Part shown: positions 14,268 to 27,214 of the stretch, in pieces | Layout of the letters: each line of letters begins with the position of its first letter | Numbering within the stretch: position 1 is the first letter of the stretch | NCBI RefSeq assembly: GCF_006345805.1 | Contig: NC_042998.1 | Location: 186,000,001 to 186,064,000, forward strand | Reading direction: 5' to 3' | Length of the DNA stretch: 64,000 nt | Origin: Octopus sinensis | Taxonomy: Eukaryota | The notes under the pieces: generated by a model | The model's input: the letters and a program-made list of their open reading frames with translations, nothing else | Told to the model about the DNA's origin: nothing | The model's database searches: none | Translations under genes and position numbers: made by a program

Positions 14268-14683
14268 GACATACATACATACATACATACATACATACAT
14301 ACATACATACACACATACATGCATGCATACATACATACATACATACATACATACATACATGCATACATACATACATACATGCATGCATGTATGCATACCT
14401 ACATACATATATGCGTGCATACATACATATATACATGCATGCATGCATACATACATACATACACATACATACATAATACATACATACATACATACATAAA
14501 TATATACATACATACATACATGCATGCATGCATGTATACATACATATATACATACATACATATATGCATGCATACATACATACATACATACATACATAAT
14601 ACATACATACATACATACATACATACATACATACATACATACATACATGCATGCATACATAAATACATACATATTTATACATA
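14268..14683. repeat. (CATA)n/(CATG) tract
   Basis: Read directly from the sequence. Confidence 0.97.
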
Positions 14684-15354
14684 TAGTGTTTATCAGAATT
14701 GTCTGACGAATGGAAAAGTGAAACTCTACATACATATCTATGTTGAAGACATTTGTTTGGGATGCCATCCCATGGGACTGAACCCAAAATCACATAGATA
14801 GGAAGCAAACTTCTTAAGCACACTGCCATGCTGGCATCAAATATATCCATATCTCTACATACATATGACAGGCTTCTATACAATCTCCATCTACCACATC
14901 TAATCATGAGACATTGGTTAATATAAAACTATAGCTGATGACACTTGCCTGAAGATATACAGACAAGAAGACCCAAGCAGTTGTTTATGGTCATTGCAGC
15001 TGGCATCTCAAATCTAGTTAATTGAATTTCATGTGCTTAATCATCAACCTAGATATAAAATGCACACTTTCATATCTGGTATTCTTTAACATGTAATTCT
15101 CATGTGTGTGTGTGTGTGTCTGTGTTTGTTTCTCATTTGGTTCAATAATATTTCAGTTGTCTGAGACTCTTAGTTTATCTTTTACTTTGCTTCACTGAAC
15201 ATTCAGTTTGTCTCACTTTGTTATCAACCATTACGTGTTCATACAACAAAAGATTACCCAATACTCTATAGTCTTAATATGTTTGTAAAAAGCAAGCAAG
15301 GCATCTATGCAGTAACTAGACATGTTAGAAATAGCAGCCTTCTGTCTTATGCAT

Positions 15355-15968
15355 TCTATTTCTTTAATACCCACAAGGGGCTAAACACAGAGAGGACAAA
15401 CAAGGACAGACAAACGGATTAAGTCAATTATATCAACCCCTGTGTGTAACTGGTACTTATTTAATCGACCCCGAAAGGATGAAAAGCAAAGTCGACCTTG
15501 ATGGAATTTGAACTCAGAGCATAAAGACAGATGAAATACCTACTTCTTTACAACCCACAAGGGGATAAACACAGAGAGGACAAACAAGGACAGACAAATG
15601 GATTAAGTCGATTATATCGACCCCAGTGCGTAACTGGTACTTATTTAATCGATCCTGAAAGGATGAAAGGCAAAGTCGACCTCGGCGGAATTTGAACTCC
15701 AAACACAGCTAAGCACTTCACCCGACGAAATACCTATTTCTTTACTACCCACAAGGGGCTAAACACAGAGAGGACAAACAAGGACAGACAAACGGATTAA
15801 GTCAATTATATCGACCCCAGTGCGTAACTGGTACTTATTTAATCGACCCCGAAAGGATGAAAGGCGAAGTCAACCTCAGCAGAATTTGAACTCAGAAAGT
15901 AGTTGCAGACGAAATACCGCTAAGCATTTCACCAGGCATGCTAATGTTTCTGCCAGCTCGTCGCCTTC
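15355..15968 (-). mobile_element. SINE family B trimer
   Basis: Three head-to-tail units enclosed by a 12-bp TSD, GTCTTATGCATT. Confidence 0.87.
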
Positions 15969-16724
15969 AGTCTTATGCATTTACCAACAACCAAAATTTT
16001 TACATAGTAGCATAGCATGTATGAAATAGCAGCCAATTTTCCTTCAGATCACAATATTTTATTTCATGTTACTTTGTTTCAATACCTGTACATTTTGCAG
16101 GTAACTCTGCTTGCAGAATATTAAATTAACACAAAGTCTACTATTTTGTGGGAAAAAATTATCAGTGTTATTTGAATTATTCTAATTTCCTTACTCTTCC
16201 TCTCTCTCTCTCTTTATAAACACCACACCTTGCCCTTCCTTACTAAATTGTAGTTACCAATCCTATTTTAGTCATTTCTCATCATGACTTCAATCTCAAC
16301 ACTACTCCACTTCCTAGTTTCACACTATCACCTGTGTATTTTCTAAGTACTTTTTGTAGAGCTCACTCTTACAAACATTTCTGGATAGTTCTTCATTTTG
16401 AGGATTACTCTCTTTTTTCCTCCCACTCATCTCAGAGACTTGGTAAATGTCAGGTGTACTGACCTTTCTTGTCTAACTACACAATGAAAAATGTGAAAAA
16501 AATATTTTCACAACAAAAAAGGTATTTATATATGCGTGAATGCACACACACCTGCATGCACACACACACACACACGTGTGTGTGTGCACACTCTCAAGTG
16601 CACCTCAGCTCTTACCCCCACATATTTATATACATCATCATCACCATTGCTGTTTAATGTCAGTTTTTTTTTCATACTGCGATGTGTTGAACAGTTTAAT
16701 AGGAGCCAACAAGCCAAAGGACTG

Positions 16725-17023
16725 TTTGTTCCTTCTCGAGCCATGCCTCACTCATAAGAGCCAGTTTCCTGGTTTCCTTGGTGTATAGATTCCCCACCTG
16801 GACGGGACGCCAGTCCGTCACAGGTGAGCTGCAAGATGCAAGAGGAATGAGTGAGAGAAAGTTGTGGTGAAAGAGTCAGCAGAAGTTCGCCATTATTTTC
16901 TGCCGGAACCGCGTGGAGCTTAGGTGTTTCACTTATAAACACATACATCACCCAGTCTGAGATTCGAACTCGCGATCCCTCGACCATGAGTCTGCTGCTC
17001 TAACCACTAGGCCATGTGCCTCC
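16725..17023 (-). mobile_element. tRNA-derived SINE, family C
   Basis: Head GTGGAGGCACATGGCCTAGTGG...GAGTTCGAATC; 16-bp TSD ACAAGCCAAAGGACTG. Confidence 0.88.
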
Positions 17024-17039
17024 ACAAGCCAAAGGACTG

Positions 17040-17580
17040 CTCCAGGTTTCAGTGACGCCATGGTTTCAATGATTGGATGAGCTTCCTAACGCATTAAAAT
17101 TGCTCAACCAGATGAATATCCACCATCAAGCATCTACTGTACTCTGAATGTCTTGCTTCCCTGTGCATGAACACAAAATAAGCTCCAACATCTTGCAATT
17201 GTTACAGACACCCACAAGATTATTCACCATCTTTGCAACAGCACCTTTTTGAATTCCATATATCTAACACCTGTGGACATGCTTACAAAATCAAAAAACA
17301 ACACAGCACCCATGACATTCAGAAACATTTTTTCATGCTCAAAATTGCTGAAGCATGGAATAAACTACCTACATCATTGTAAGTTGTTGGAACACTACAA
17401 TTTTCAAGCATCCATGCTTCCTGAAATTCACCAGTTGTACACCTAGTGACCTCTGCTATTTTTTCTTAATGACTCATTCACTGTTCTCTTTCTGTGCTTT
17501 ATTCTATGTACTGTACACGCATTTCCTGATGAATAATAGTGCACCTAAGCACTGTATACAATAAGTTCATTATATTATAT
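17040..17580 (+). mobile_element. CR1/L2-like LINE 3' fragment
   Basis: Decayed ORF2 end (HDIQKHFF...AEAWNKLP) and the same 3' tail as the 3940 copy. Confidence 0.7.
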
Positions 17581-17654
17581 ATACATGTACACACATAAAT
17601 ATTGTAAAATTCATGGTGCCTGTAACTCTAAGTTTCACGTGAGAACTTATTTAA

Positions 17655-17876
17655 CCCTTTTGATACCAACCCGGCCAAAACTGCCTCTGGCTCTGTAGTA
17701 TAAATGTCTTGTTTTCATAAATTTTGAATTAAAATCTTCCACCAAACCTTAGTCACAATTTATGTTCCTAACACTAGCTGAATGATAACTAAGTTGTTTT
17801 ACTAAATTCTTTGTTATATCTAAAATTAATTTAAAGAAACGCAGGGCACCTCAAAATAAATATGGTAATGAAAGGG
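17655..17876. mobile_element. piggyBac-type MITE
   Basis: TTAA|CCCTTT...AAAGGG|TTAA. Confidence 0.8.
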
Positions 17877-17968
17877 TTAACCAGAGTGGCTGAAGAAGCC
17901 ATCAGGCAAAACTTCAAGTCCAAGTTAAAATAAGTTTTACAATAAATTTGTCTCTACTCTCAGCTTTG

Positions 17969-17969
<1 letters not shown>

Positions 17970-18029
<60 letters not shown>

Positions 18030-18049
18030 TCCCTCTCTCTCTCTCTCTC
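17970..18049. repeat. (CT)n microsatellite
   Basis: Read directly from the sequence. Confidence 0.97.
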
Positions 18050-18078
18050 AGTAAGTGTTACTCTTAAGCCTGCTTTAA

Positions 18079-18294
18079 CACTTTAGTATTTAAACCAGCC
18101 TTATTCAACCAGAATATTCTGTTCTGTCTTCACTCTAACCAGATCTGTCCTCTTGCACTTAACCTACAATATCATTCTAAGAATAAACAATCAAGTCATT
18201 AAAATCTCACAGCTACGAAGTAATGCATGACTAATTCCTATCAACACGAATAAATGAGCATTACATTTGACGAAGAAATCTGAATGCTAAAGGG
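18079..18294. mobile_element. piggyBac-type MITE (second family)
   Basis: TTAA|CACTTTAGTATT...AATGCTAAAGGG|TTAA. Confidence 0.72.
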
Positions 18295-19065
18295 TTAAGA
18301 TAATAATTGTTTCCAATTTTGGCTCAAGGCCAGCAGTTTTAGAGGGGGTAGGGCTTGGTTGATTACAACAACTCCCAGTACATGGCTGGTACCTTATTTT
18401 AGCAATCTCAAAAGGATAAAAAAACAAATAACACAAAGTTTCTAACAATCACTACTAACATTTTTGCTTACCCCGAAGGAGATTTTTAAAAATTAGGAAC
18501 TTCTCAGGTTTATTAGTCCAGTATACATCCAACTCTATCAATTTTCTAGTCTAGCAGTGGTCTGACCTTGGGCAAGTCCTGTGCATATGAACCTTCTCCA
18601 GCACTCTCTATACGACCTGGGAAAGCTTGTACCCTCCTCTGCTGCTGTTAAATAGATTACTGGGACTTCGACTGTCATTACTAGACTGAGGATGAATACT
18701 AGAGTGGTTTGTTATTGTCTTCTCCAAGTAGGAGGGATCTGAACTCAGAATGTAAAGAGCTGAAAGATATACCATAAATCATTTCTGCCAACAGACCAAT
18801 TCTGCCACTTTTCCCATCTGCAGAGTAACATGAAATGAAATATTTTGTACAAAAACACAATGTTCCACCCAGCTTGGGAATTGAACCCACAATTTAGCAA
18901 TCATGAATGCAACACCCCTAACCATTAAGCCATGCATTTTTACCTACCAACATTATAATATATTTACAAAGTGTTTAGAATAATTTCAAAACCTTTATGA
19001 AAAATATGCTATCATGTTACAGAGTAAATATTATCAACTATTATTTATTACATGCATATATAATC

Positions 19066-19305
19066 AATATCATCATCATCATCATCATCATTTAACGTCC
19101 GCTTTCCATGCTAGCATGGGTTGGACGGTTCAACTGGGGTCTGGGGAGCCCGAAGGCTGCACCAGGCCAGTCAGATCTGGCAGTGTTTCTACAGCTGGAT
19201 GCCCTTCCTAACGCCAACCACTCCGAGAGTGTAGTGGGTGATTTTATGTGCCACCGACACAGGTACCAGACGAGGCTGGCGAACGGCCACGCTCGGATGG
19301 TGTTT
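19066..19305 (-). mobile_element. RTE 3' end
   Basis: (CAT)n, CATGCTAGCATG and GGATGCCCTTCCTAACGCCAACC. Confidence 0.88.
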
Positions 19306-20148
19306 TTAAAAAAATCAATAGCTTTGTAAAAATTAACACTTCCTTCTCTAAGCTTAAATTCAAAATCAAGTCTAAGGATTCTTGGTTGTCCAAACCACCA
19401 CGATCAACAGGCACGAAAATAGGTTTTCTTTGTCCTGTCAAAAAATGATAAATCATCTCCCTTTGACCTACGACCTCAGCCATATCAGGCGAAGTTCAAA
19501 TGGACCTATTTAGGCACAATCTCTGCTGCAGTATGTCTGTCTTTCTAGCTGCCACAGCGGTTATAAAATACCATGGTCAACAGAGAGACAGACAAAAAGG
19601 CCTAGGACACAGACATTTTTAATTATCTACAGGAAAATTCTCCCACAAAGATGAAAGAAATGTTAAACTTTCATCTGCCAATCAAATATTTGCAGTGAGT
19701 AGGTGACAACAAAGCCATAACAGTGGTGCATCAACCTGGTGGCTAATTGCTATTACACAAAACATGGTAGCCAAAAATATGTGTTTTACCTTTTGTATAG
19801 CAATTTTCTTGACCAAAATATAAATAACTATATAGTTGATCTGAGAGAAGATGAAGTGGAAATACAGGACTCACATAATAAAATTTTATAAACTCATAAT
19901 CTTTATAGTTTCATAAATTTATAGTTTCATAGTATATTTCGGTATGTTGTTATAGTATTGTACTTGAATGCACAGAATCACACATTTTTCTTTACAAAAT
20001 CACTTTAAACTATCTTTCAACAGGTCTATGATGAAACATACTAAATTTAGTTTTTTCCACAAAATATGCTTGTAAAATAGAGGTACATCTTATGTGAGAA
20101 TGCATCTTATACACTGGCAAATATCACCATTGAGAGCCAATAATAATA

Positions 20149-20920
20149 GATCAGGTAGACCCAAGAAGACCTGGGATGAAGTGGTGAAGTACAACTTTCG
20201 AACTTTAGGCCTCACCAAGGAAATGACTTGTGACTGAGACTTTTAGAAATATGCAGGGTGTGAGAAGACCCAGCAAGCCAAATGAGACCATAACCTCATG
20301 GCCTATACCAGGAGCGTAACCAGCCTACATATGCGTACCTTTTCCCTCTTTGGACACTAAACTCTGCTTGCGAAGACCTGTTGAGGCAAGTGAAATCAAA
20401 ATCAAATTCGATGACTGGCATCTGTGCTAGCAGGGTGCAAAGAGCACCATACGAGTGTGATTGTTGACAGAGTAGCTAACCGGCTTCCGTGCCAGTGGCA
20501 CATAAAAGGCACCATTCGAGTGTGATCGTTACCAGGGTCACCTTACTGGCACTTGTGCTTGTGCTAGTAAGGTACCAAGAACACCATTTGAGCGTGATCG
20601 TTGCCAGAGCGGCTAACTGGATTCCGTATCAGTGGCATGTAAAAGGCACCATTCAAGTATGATCGTTACCAGCGACACCTTACTGGCACCTGTGCCAGTG
20701 GCATGTGTAAAAAGATTCGAGCGAGGTCGTTGCCAGTACCGCCTGACTGGCCCCACGGAGTGGTTGGCGTTAGGAAGGGCATCCAGCTGTAGAAACTCTG
20801 CCAGATCAAGATTGGAGCCTGGTGCAGCCATCTGGTTAGCCAGCCCTCAGTCAAAATCGTCCAACCCATGCTAGCATGGAAAGCGGACGTTAAACAATGA
20901 TGATGATGATGATGATGATG
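20149..20920 (+). mobile_element. RTE LINE 3' fragment
   Basis: Encodes GRPKKTWDEVVKYNFRTLGLT, followed by the same 3' UTR as the 36773 element and a (TGA)n tail. Confidence 0.9.
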
Positions 20921-21584
20921 AAAATCTCTGTTTGTCCTCCCCTAGAATAAATACACCTATTATATCCAAATTGAAAAACTGAATGCTAAATGTGTATCTT
21001 AACGGCATGTACAAATTAGGAATGATCTGCATAAATTAACTTTTCCTTGACATTAGTCAGTCAAATGTGATAATCGCTATTGAAGAATCAATCAGAAAAA
21101 ATAAAATTTAGGGTTGGGTTAAACCAATTTCAATAAATAAAATCGTACAACAGTAAATACTTATTAAAAGAAACCTCAAAACAGAAGTATATAAAAGAAC
21201 ATAAAACCTTTTGATGGTTACATGATGTTTTTTCAAATAAACCAGAAGTAATTATTGCTCCAAATTCAGTATTGAAGTCAAACATCACACAACACCTCAT
21301 TGAATAGTGTTTTCCTGGATTCTGGTGACATATCAAAATAAGACATGAAGCTTGATGTCAAAATTTCTCATGAAAGCCGATGTTTGTATGACTTTTGTAA
21401 ACAAATGTGGCTGTATGGTTGAAAAGCTTACTTTCAGACTATGAGGCTTTAGGTTCAATCTCACTGCATGGCACTTTGAGCACGTGTCTTCTACAACAGC
21501 CACAGACTGGCCAAAGCTTTGTGGGTGGATTTAGTAGATGGAAAGTGAAGGATGCTGGCCAAGTATATATATATATAAAGTTAA

Positions 21585-21780
21585 TCCAAACATGAAAACA
21601 CCAAGAGAAAACACAACAACGCGAGGACATGGAACAAATATAGTATTATTGGATGCTCAAGAAGGAGGGTTTAACGTTTCGAGCGGAGCTCTTTGTCAGA
21701 AACATAGGAAAAGGAAAGATCCAGAGAAGGGAAGACGGAGGAAAAAAAATCGCCAACAGTACACACGTGGTCACATTTTG
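21585..21780 (-). mobile_element. Penelope-type terminal fragment inserted in (TA)n
   Basis: Reverse complement of 50150-50325; carries a minimal hammerhead-like motif. Confidence 0.6.
21669..21703 (-). ncRNA. Decayed minimal hammerhead motif
   Basis: GUUU-CUGACAA-A-GAGC UCC GCUC-GAAA-CGU-U-AAAC; the core G8 position reads A. Confidence 0.48.
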
Positions 21781-21886
21781 TATGTATATATATATATATA
21801 TATATATACAAAGACAATCCTTACATCCAACTTTACATGAATGTTGTGTTACAACACCAAATCAAATACTGTGTTATTTATGTTGA

Positions 21887-22320
21887 GAGGACCTCTCATA
21901 TGGACATATCATACTTAAAAGCACTCATATTTATATCATTGTCAGATAAGAATCATCTACTATGGATGCCAGAACTGCCAGATCATGTTATTTCACCCTG
22001 CCCTGGCTCATCAGTAACAGACGACCAGTAGCAACATAACAGCTAAATCACATGTCAGTGATATCTAGAATTTCAGAGTTTTTTTCAGGTACTGATGTCT
22101 CAAATAACCAGCATGCTTATTAAAAAATAATTAATAGTGATAGTATTAATACCAAAGTAATCTTCATATACAATTTGATGTGGATGTTGTGCTAGGATGC
22201 CAAGGCAGGGTGAAATCACATGATCTGGTAGTTCCAGCACCCATAGAAGACAATTCCCATCTGACAATGATATGAATATAAGTGTTTTTATGCACTATGA
22301 ATCCATATGAGAAGTTCTGT
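21887..22320. repeat. Fold-back element with about 120-bp inverted arms
   Basis: 21887-22007 is the diverged reverse complement of 22198-22320. Confidence 0.85.
21975..22020 (-). ncRNA. Type I hammerhead ribozyme motif (complete core)
   Basis: CUGUUA-CUGAUGA-GCC AGGGCAG GGU-GAAA-UAACAUGA-UC-UGGCAG. Stem I is 6 bp (two G.U), the core is intact, and the cleavage triplet is AUC. Confidence 0.72.
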
Positions 22321-22569
22321 GGTGTGAAAGGAGCCATTCATCGTCACCTCTCCTTCACACGGTCATTCTACATGGACAATTTTGATTCCGTTTTGGCTTA
22401 CATACAGGTGTTCCACTCTATTTGACTGCAATTTTTTGTTTCAGTCCCTCAGCTGTATTTGAACCTTCAACTGAACCAACTATATTTTCATACAAAACAC
22501 TTATGGGTGTATTCCATACTTTGAATAGTTCCATCCACTCTCTGCCAAATAGATTAAGTGAATCTTTTG

Positions 22570-22803
22570 ATGCCGGTGGCACGTAAAAAGCACTGTCCGA
22601 CCGCGGCCGTTTGCCAGCCCCATCTGGCACCTGTGCCAGTGGCACGTAAAAAGCACCCACTACACTCTCAGAGTGGTTGGCGTTAGGAAGGGCATCCAGC
22701 CGTAGAAACATTGCCAGATCAGACTAGGCCTGGTGCAGCCTTCTGGCTTCCCAGACCCCAGGTGAACCGTCCAACCCATGCTAGCATGGAAAGCAGACGC
22801 TAA

Positions 22804-22834
<31 letters not shown>
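22570..22834 (+). mobile_element. RTE 3' end inserted into the gypsy relic
   Basis: RTE terminal motifs and (TGA)n tail; possible ATCTTT target duplication. Confidence 0.88.
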
Positions 22835-22835
<1 letters not shown>

Positions 22836-24109
22836 CTTTACCTGTTTTGTTAGACCTCGAAATGTTACATTACATATGAATTCATCGAAAAAATGTAATC
22901 TTTTTCCCATAACACCATGTGCTACCTTTTCTGATTTAATTAATTTCAGCTTACTGACATATTTCCACGTTTTTTTGTTTATAATGGTGATATCACTACT
23001 AGTGTCCAACTGCATTTTAACACTTGTATTTCTGATTTTCACCTTCACAAATTTTCTAATCGTTATATTACCAATTTCTTCAGATGACTTACTATTTATT
23101 CTTTTTCCTTTGTTCTAACGTTTTATCATCTTCATTCTACAGTGCATCTTTGTATGTGCTTTTTTTCACAATGAAGGCTTTCCACTTTCTTAAATGGACA
23201 AAACATGGGTTTATTTCCTGATTTTTGTTGTGCTTTTAAGAAAACACTTTATCTCATTTCTGACTATTTCATACTTGTTTTACTTGGAAACGATCTTTCC
23301 ATTCGATTTCCTCTGTGTTGTGTCTTAATTTGGCTATTCTTTCGCATACTTCTGATACTTGCTGTAGGGTTACATCCTGGTTTTGTTCCAGCTTTGTGAG
23401 AATTCTAGTTCTAACTTCTGCATCCTTTTCAGCAGTAAGACCCTGTGTAAAAGTCAGGCATTTGAACATATCAGGCGTTAATTTGTCCAGCTTAAACTTT
23501 TCACATTCCCTGTTAACTCTACCAGCATATGTCATGTAGTCCTCATCATTATTTTTCTATATGTTCAGACATTTCCAATGTGTGTTGAACAATGAGCTTT
23601 TTTCACTGAAAATTTTACGCAATGTACCTGTTGTATCATTAAAGTTTATATCCAAAGGTTTTCTTGGAAGTACATAATTACTGTATTGCTCATGCTCTAT
23701 TGCCATCAGTTTTCTCAAGATTAAGTGTGTTTTCATTTCGTTGTCCCAATCATTACATTCTTTCTCGAAGATTTGCTCATATTTTCTATAATATGCTTCA
23801 AAGGAAATTCCTTCATCAGGTCCATATTTGTTGCTGTTGTTGCTTCTGTTGTTGTTTTTTCAGTTGTATTTGCTGCTGTTGTTGTTCTTTCAGTTGTTGT
23901 TGCTTCAGCTGTTGTTCTTGCAGCTGTAGATGCTGCTGTTGTCTTTCTTTTGGTTGCTGTTGTTGATGCTTTTGCAACTCGAGCACACCAGCCAACAAAC
24001 TTTCCATAATTTTATGATTATTTTCATAAAATTCACACAACAAAAATTTTTGTGAGTTTGTTAACTCCTCATGAGATGTTAATTCCTCATGCATTGTTTA
24101 AATCCTTGT

Positions 24110-24540
24110 CATCATCATCGTTTAACATCCATTTTCCATGCTAGCATGGGTTGGATGGTTCAACCGGGGTCGGGAAAGCCAGGAGGCTGCACCAGGCCCA
24201 GTCTGATCTGGCAGTGTTTCTATAGCTGGATGCCCTTCCTAATGCCAACCACTCTGTGAGTGTAGTGGGTGCTTTTTACATGCCATCAGCACAGGTGCCA
24301 GGGGAGGCTGGCAATGGCCACAATCAGTTGGTACTTTTTACATGCCACCGGCATGGATGCCAGTCAAGGTGGTGCTGGCATCGGCCACGTTCGGATGGTG
24401 TTTTTTACGTGCCACTGGCACGGGTATCACAATTACAATTTCTATTTGTTTTTTATTTTGATGTTGATGTACTTGACTCAATAGGTCTCCTCAAGCACAG
24501 CTGGTCACCCTATGATCCAAGGTAAGCACAGCAGGCCGTC
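24110..24540 (-). mobile_element. RTE 3' end inserted into the gypsy 5' UTR
   Basis: (CAT)n plus RTE terminal motifs and hairpin modules. Confidence 0.85.
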
Positions 24541-25181
24541 ATTCGTCATGAGCTGTTTAAATCTTTGTTGAGTTTATTAATTCCTTGTGAGTTGTTTAAA
24601 TCCTCACCACCCCTGATTTAATCCTTAAAATGTTGGATTGCTATAATACTCCTTCGGTATACAGTATACTTAGTAAAACCAGTAAAAACATGATTATCTC
24701 TGACTGTCTACCACGTACTGTGGTACTTCACATACTTCTCTTTATTTATAGTGACTAGGTTATCCCATTTATCACGTGGGAGGGGGTGTACCATTACTAC
24801 TACTCGCAATTCCCTATAACATATACCCTGCATGTAATCATATTTGTCTTACAAGATGAGAACTATTTATTTTTCATTTACCAAAAATGTACCTAATACT
24901 AGATTATATTGCAAATTAGGTTAAACAAATTTGATTTCAACAATCTAGTTTTTAGGTTGTTGAAATCTAAAGCTATCTAGATTTAGATTACTTGTTTTAT
25001 ATGAGACCTCCTGCAATATAAACGCACAGATAGGAGTGACATTGTAAGATACAAATATTTCAAGTACATTTACAGTAGTAGAGTTTGTACTTTGTTGAAC
25101 AGCTATCTAAACTGTTTATATTCTGTTATATCATTGTTTTAAATTCATATCTTTTTGATTGAAATTTTCTAATCATTTTTA

Positions 25182-25566
25182 TCTTTCTCTATATAAACAG
25201 CAGTTTGTCTGTGCGTGTTTCTGTGTGTCTGTTTGCTTGTACCCTCACCCTGACCACGGCTTTCAACCGATTCTGATGAAACTTGACACACACATAGCCC
25301 AATGTCATAATTCAAAACTAACGCAGCAAAAATTTTGAAAAGTTCCCCCAGTTCTGAAAAAAAATCGATAAATTCGACATGGGGTCGAGAATCAGAAACA
25401 CAAACCGCAAACTGTCTAGGGGACGCAACTCCACCTTTTTTTACTCTCAAAAAAAATTTACCATCATTTTTTTCCATTTTTTGGCTATTTTTTGGCTATA
25501 ACTCTCTAAAAATGCTTTATAGTTATTTCCCTTACAAACCTGAGCAACGCCGGGCGATACTGCTAG
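25182..25566 (+). mobile_element. Non-autonomous Helitron
   Basis: 5' TC and 3' CTAG, inserted between A and T, with a degenerate subterminal hairpin CCTGAGCAACGCCGGG (25539-25554). Confidence 0.8.
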
Positions 25567-25599
25567 TTTCTAATAAAATAAGAACCAATAAGCTATGAA

Positions 25600-25960
25600 G
25601 GTTTGTAATGCATTATAATGACAATCCAGCCGTGCCACCAGCTTATGAATCATGACTCTTATGTCTGCACGAATCATTTCTTTCATTCACTGGTGATCTA
25701 TGACTGTGGTTATGGTTGATGACCTTTCTGTGCAGTCTGTCTTCAATGCCGGTTTCCTTTCTGGTTTCATCTTTAAATTTCTTCATTCATCTCTTTGCAT
25801 TGCTGTAAACAACCTGTAGCCTTCTGTGTACGTCAAACAGCCTGCAGCCTTCCTTTGTCAAGAACTCAATGTTGGCATGTTGCTTCTACTCGGAATCTCT
25901 TATTTGCCTGCAATGAAGAACGGGAAGAAAAGATATTATAGAAAAGGAGCTACTCTACCA
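25600..25960 (-). mobile_element. mariner transposase N-terminal relic
   Basis: The reverse strand reads NIEFLTKEG...VHRRLQVVYS...EMIRADIRV (HTH region). Confidence 0.6.
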
Positions 25961-26034
25961 ATCTATGCAATTTGAATGACCTGGGTTAGTTCCTGAAAGA
26001 AGTTTTTCAAAATTTTGCATTACTTACAACATAT

Positions 26035-26815
26035 ACACATACATACATTCATATGTACATAAATTTCGTACACACACACACACACACATACATACACACA
26101 TACATACATACATACATACAGTACACACATACACACATACATACATACCTACATACATACATACAGTACACACATACACACACACACATACATGCATACA
26201 GTACACATATGCATACATACATGCATGCATGCATACATACATACATACATACATACATACAGTACACACATACACACATACATACATACATACATACATA
26301 CATACATACATACATACATACATGCATCAGTACATACATACATACACACATACATACATACATACACATACATACATACATACATACATGCATCAGTACA
26401 TACATACATACATACACACACATACATACATACATACATACATACATACATACATACATACACACACACATACATGCATACAGTACACATATGCATACAT
26501 ACATGCATGCATGCATACATACATACATACATACATACATACAGTACACACATACACACATACATACATACATACATACATACATACATACATACATACA
26601 TACATGCATCAGTACATACATACATACACACATACATACATACATACATACATACATACATACATACATGCATCAGTACATACATACATACATACACACA
26701 CATACATACATACATACATACATACATACATACATACATACACACACACACATACATACATACATACATACATACATACATACACATACATACATACATA
26801 CATACGTATGTGCAT
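26035..26815. repeat. (CATA)n tract with higher-order periodicity
   Basis: Variant block CATGCATACAGTACACATATGC occurs at 26191 and 26473. Confidence 0.95.
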
Positions 26816-27214
26816 ACATTGTAATATCTACTTGATAAAAGAAATAAAAACAAAATGGATCATGGTTAAAATTTTTAACCATGAGTTTTCAGTTGCTTGA
26901 TGAGCTTCAGTTTTATTAGGCTCATTGAATAAGGGTTTAAGTGGCTGAATATTCCACAGACAATTGTACTCTTAATGTACTCTTAAGGCAGAATCAGTAT
27001 GATGCTGTATGTGACAAGGCTGGACCTTTGAATTCCAAGTACACCATTTTGCAGGCTTCCACACAGTTTCCATCTATTCAGTTTCATTTATAATGCATGA
27101 GCCAAACTATGGCCTTAATAAAAGACATTTGCCAAAGATACCACACAGGGGAATCAAACTTTTGACTAGAAAATGAACTTAACTAACCCACTATACTACA
27201 TTTTCTCTTGATGG

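Larger units (their letters stand above)
22385..24821 (-). mobile_element. Ty3/gypsy LTR retrotransposon 5' half (LTR, gag, protease, pol linker), decayed
   Basis: Protease QLDTSSDITII; gag fragment CEKFKL...FKCLTFTQGL...RTRILTKLE; linker NLFGREW...TPVCKPKRN; putative LTR beginning TGTTATAGG at 24821 (about 24612-24821) with a PBS-like TGGTGAGGAT. Confidence 0.8.
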
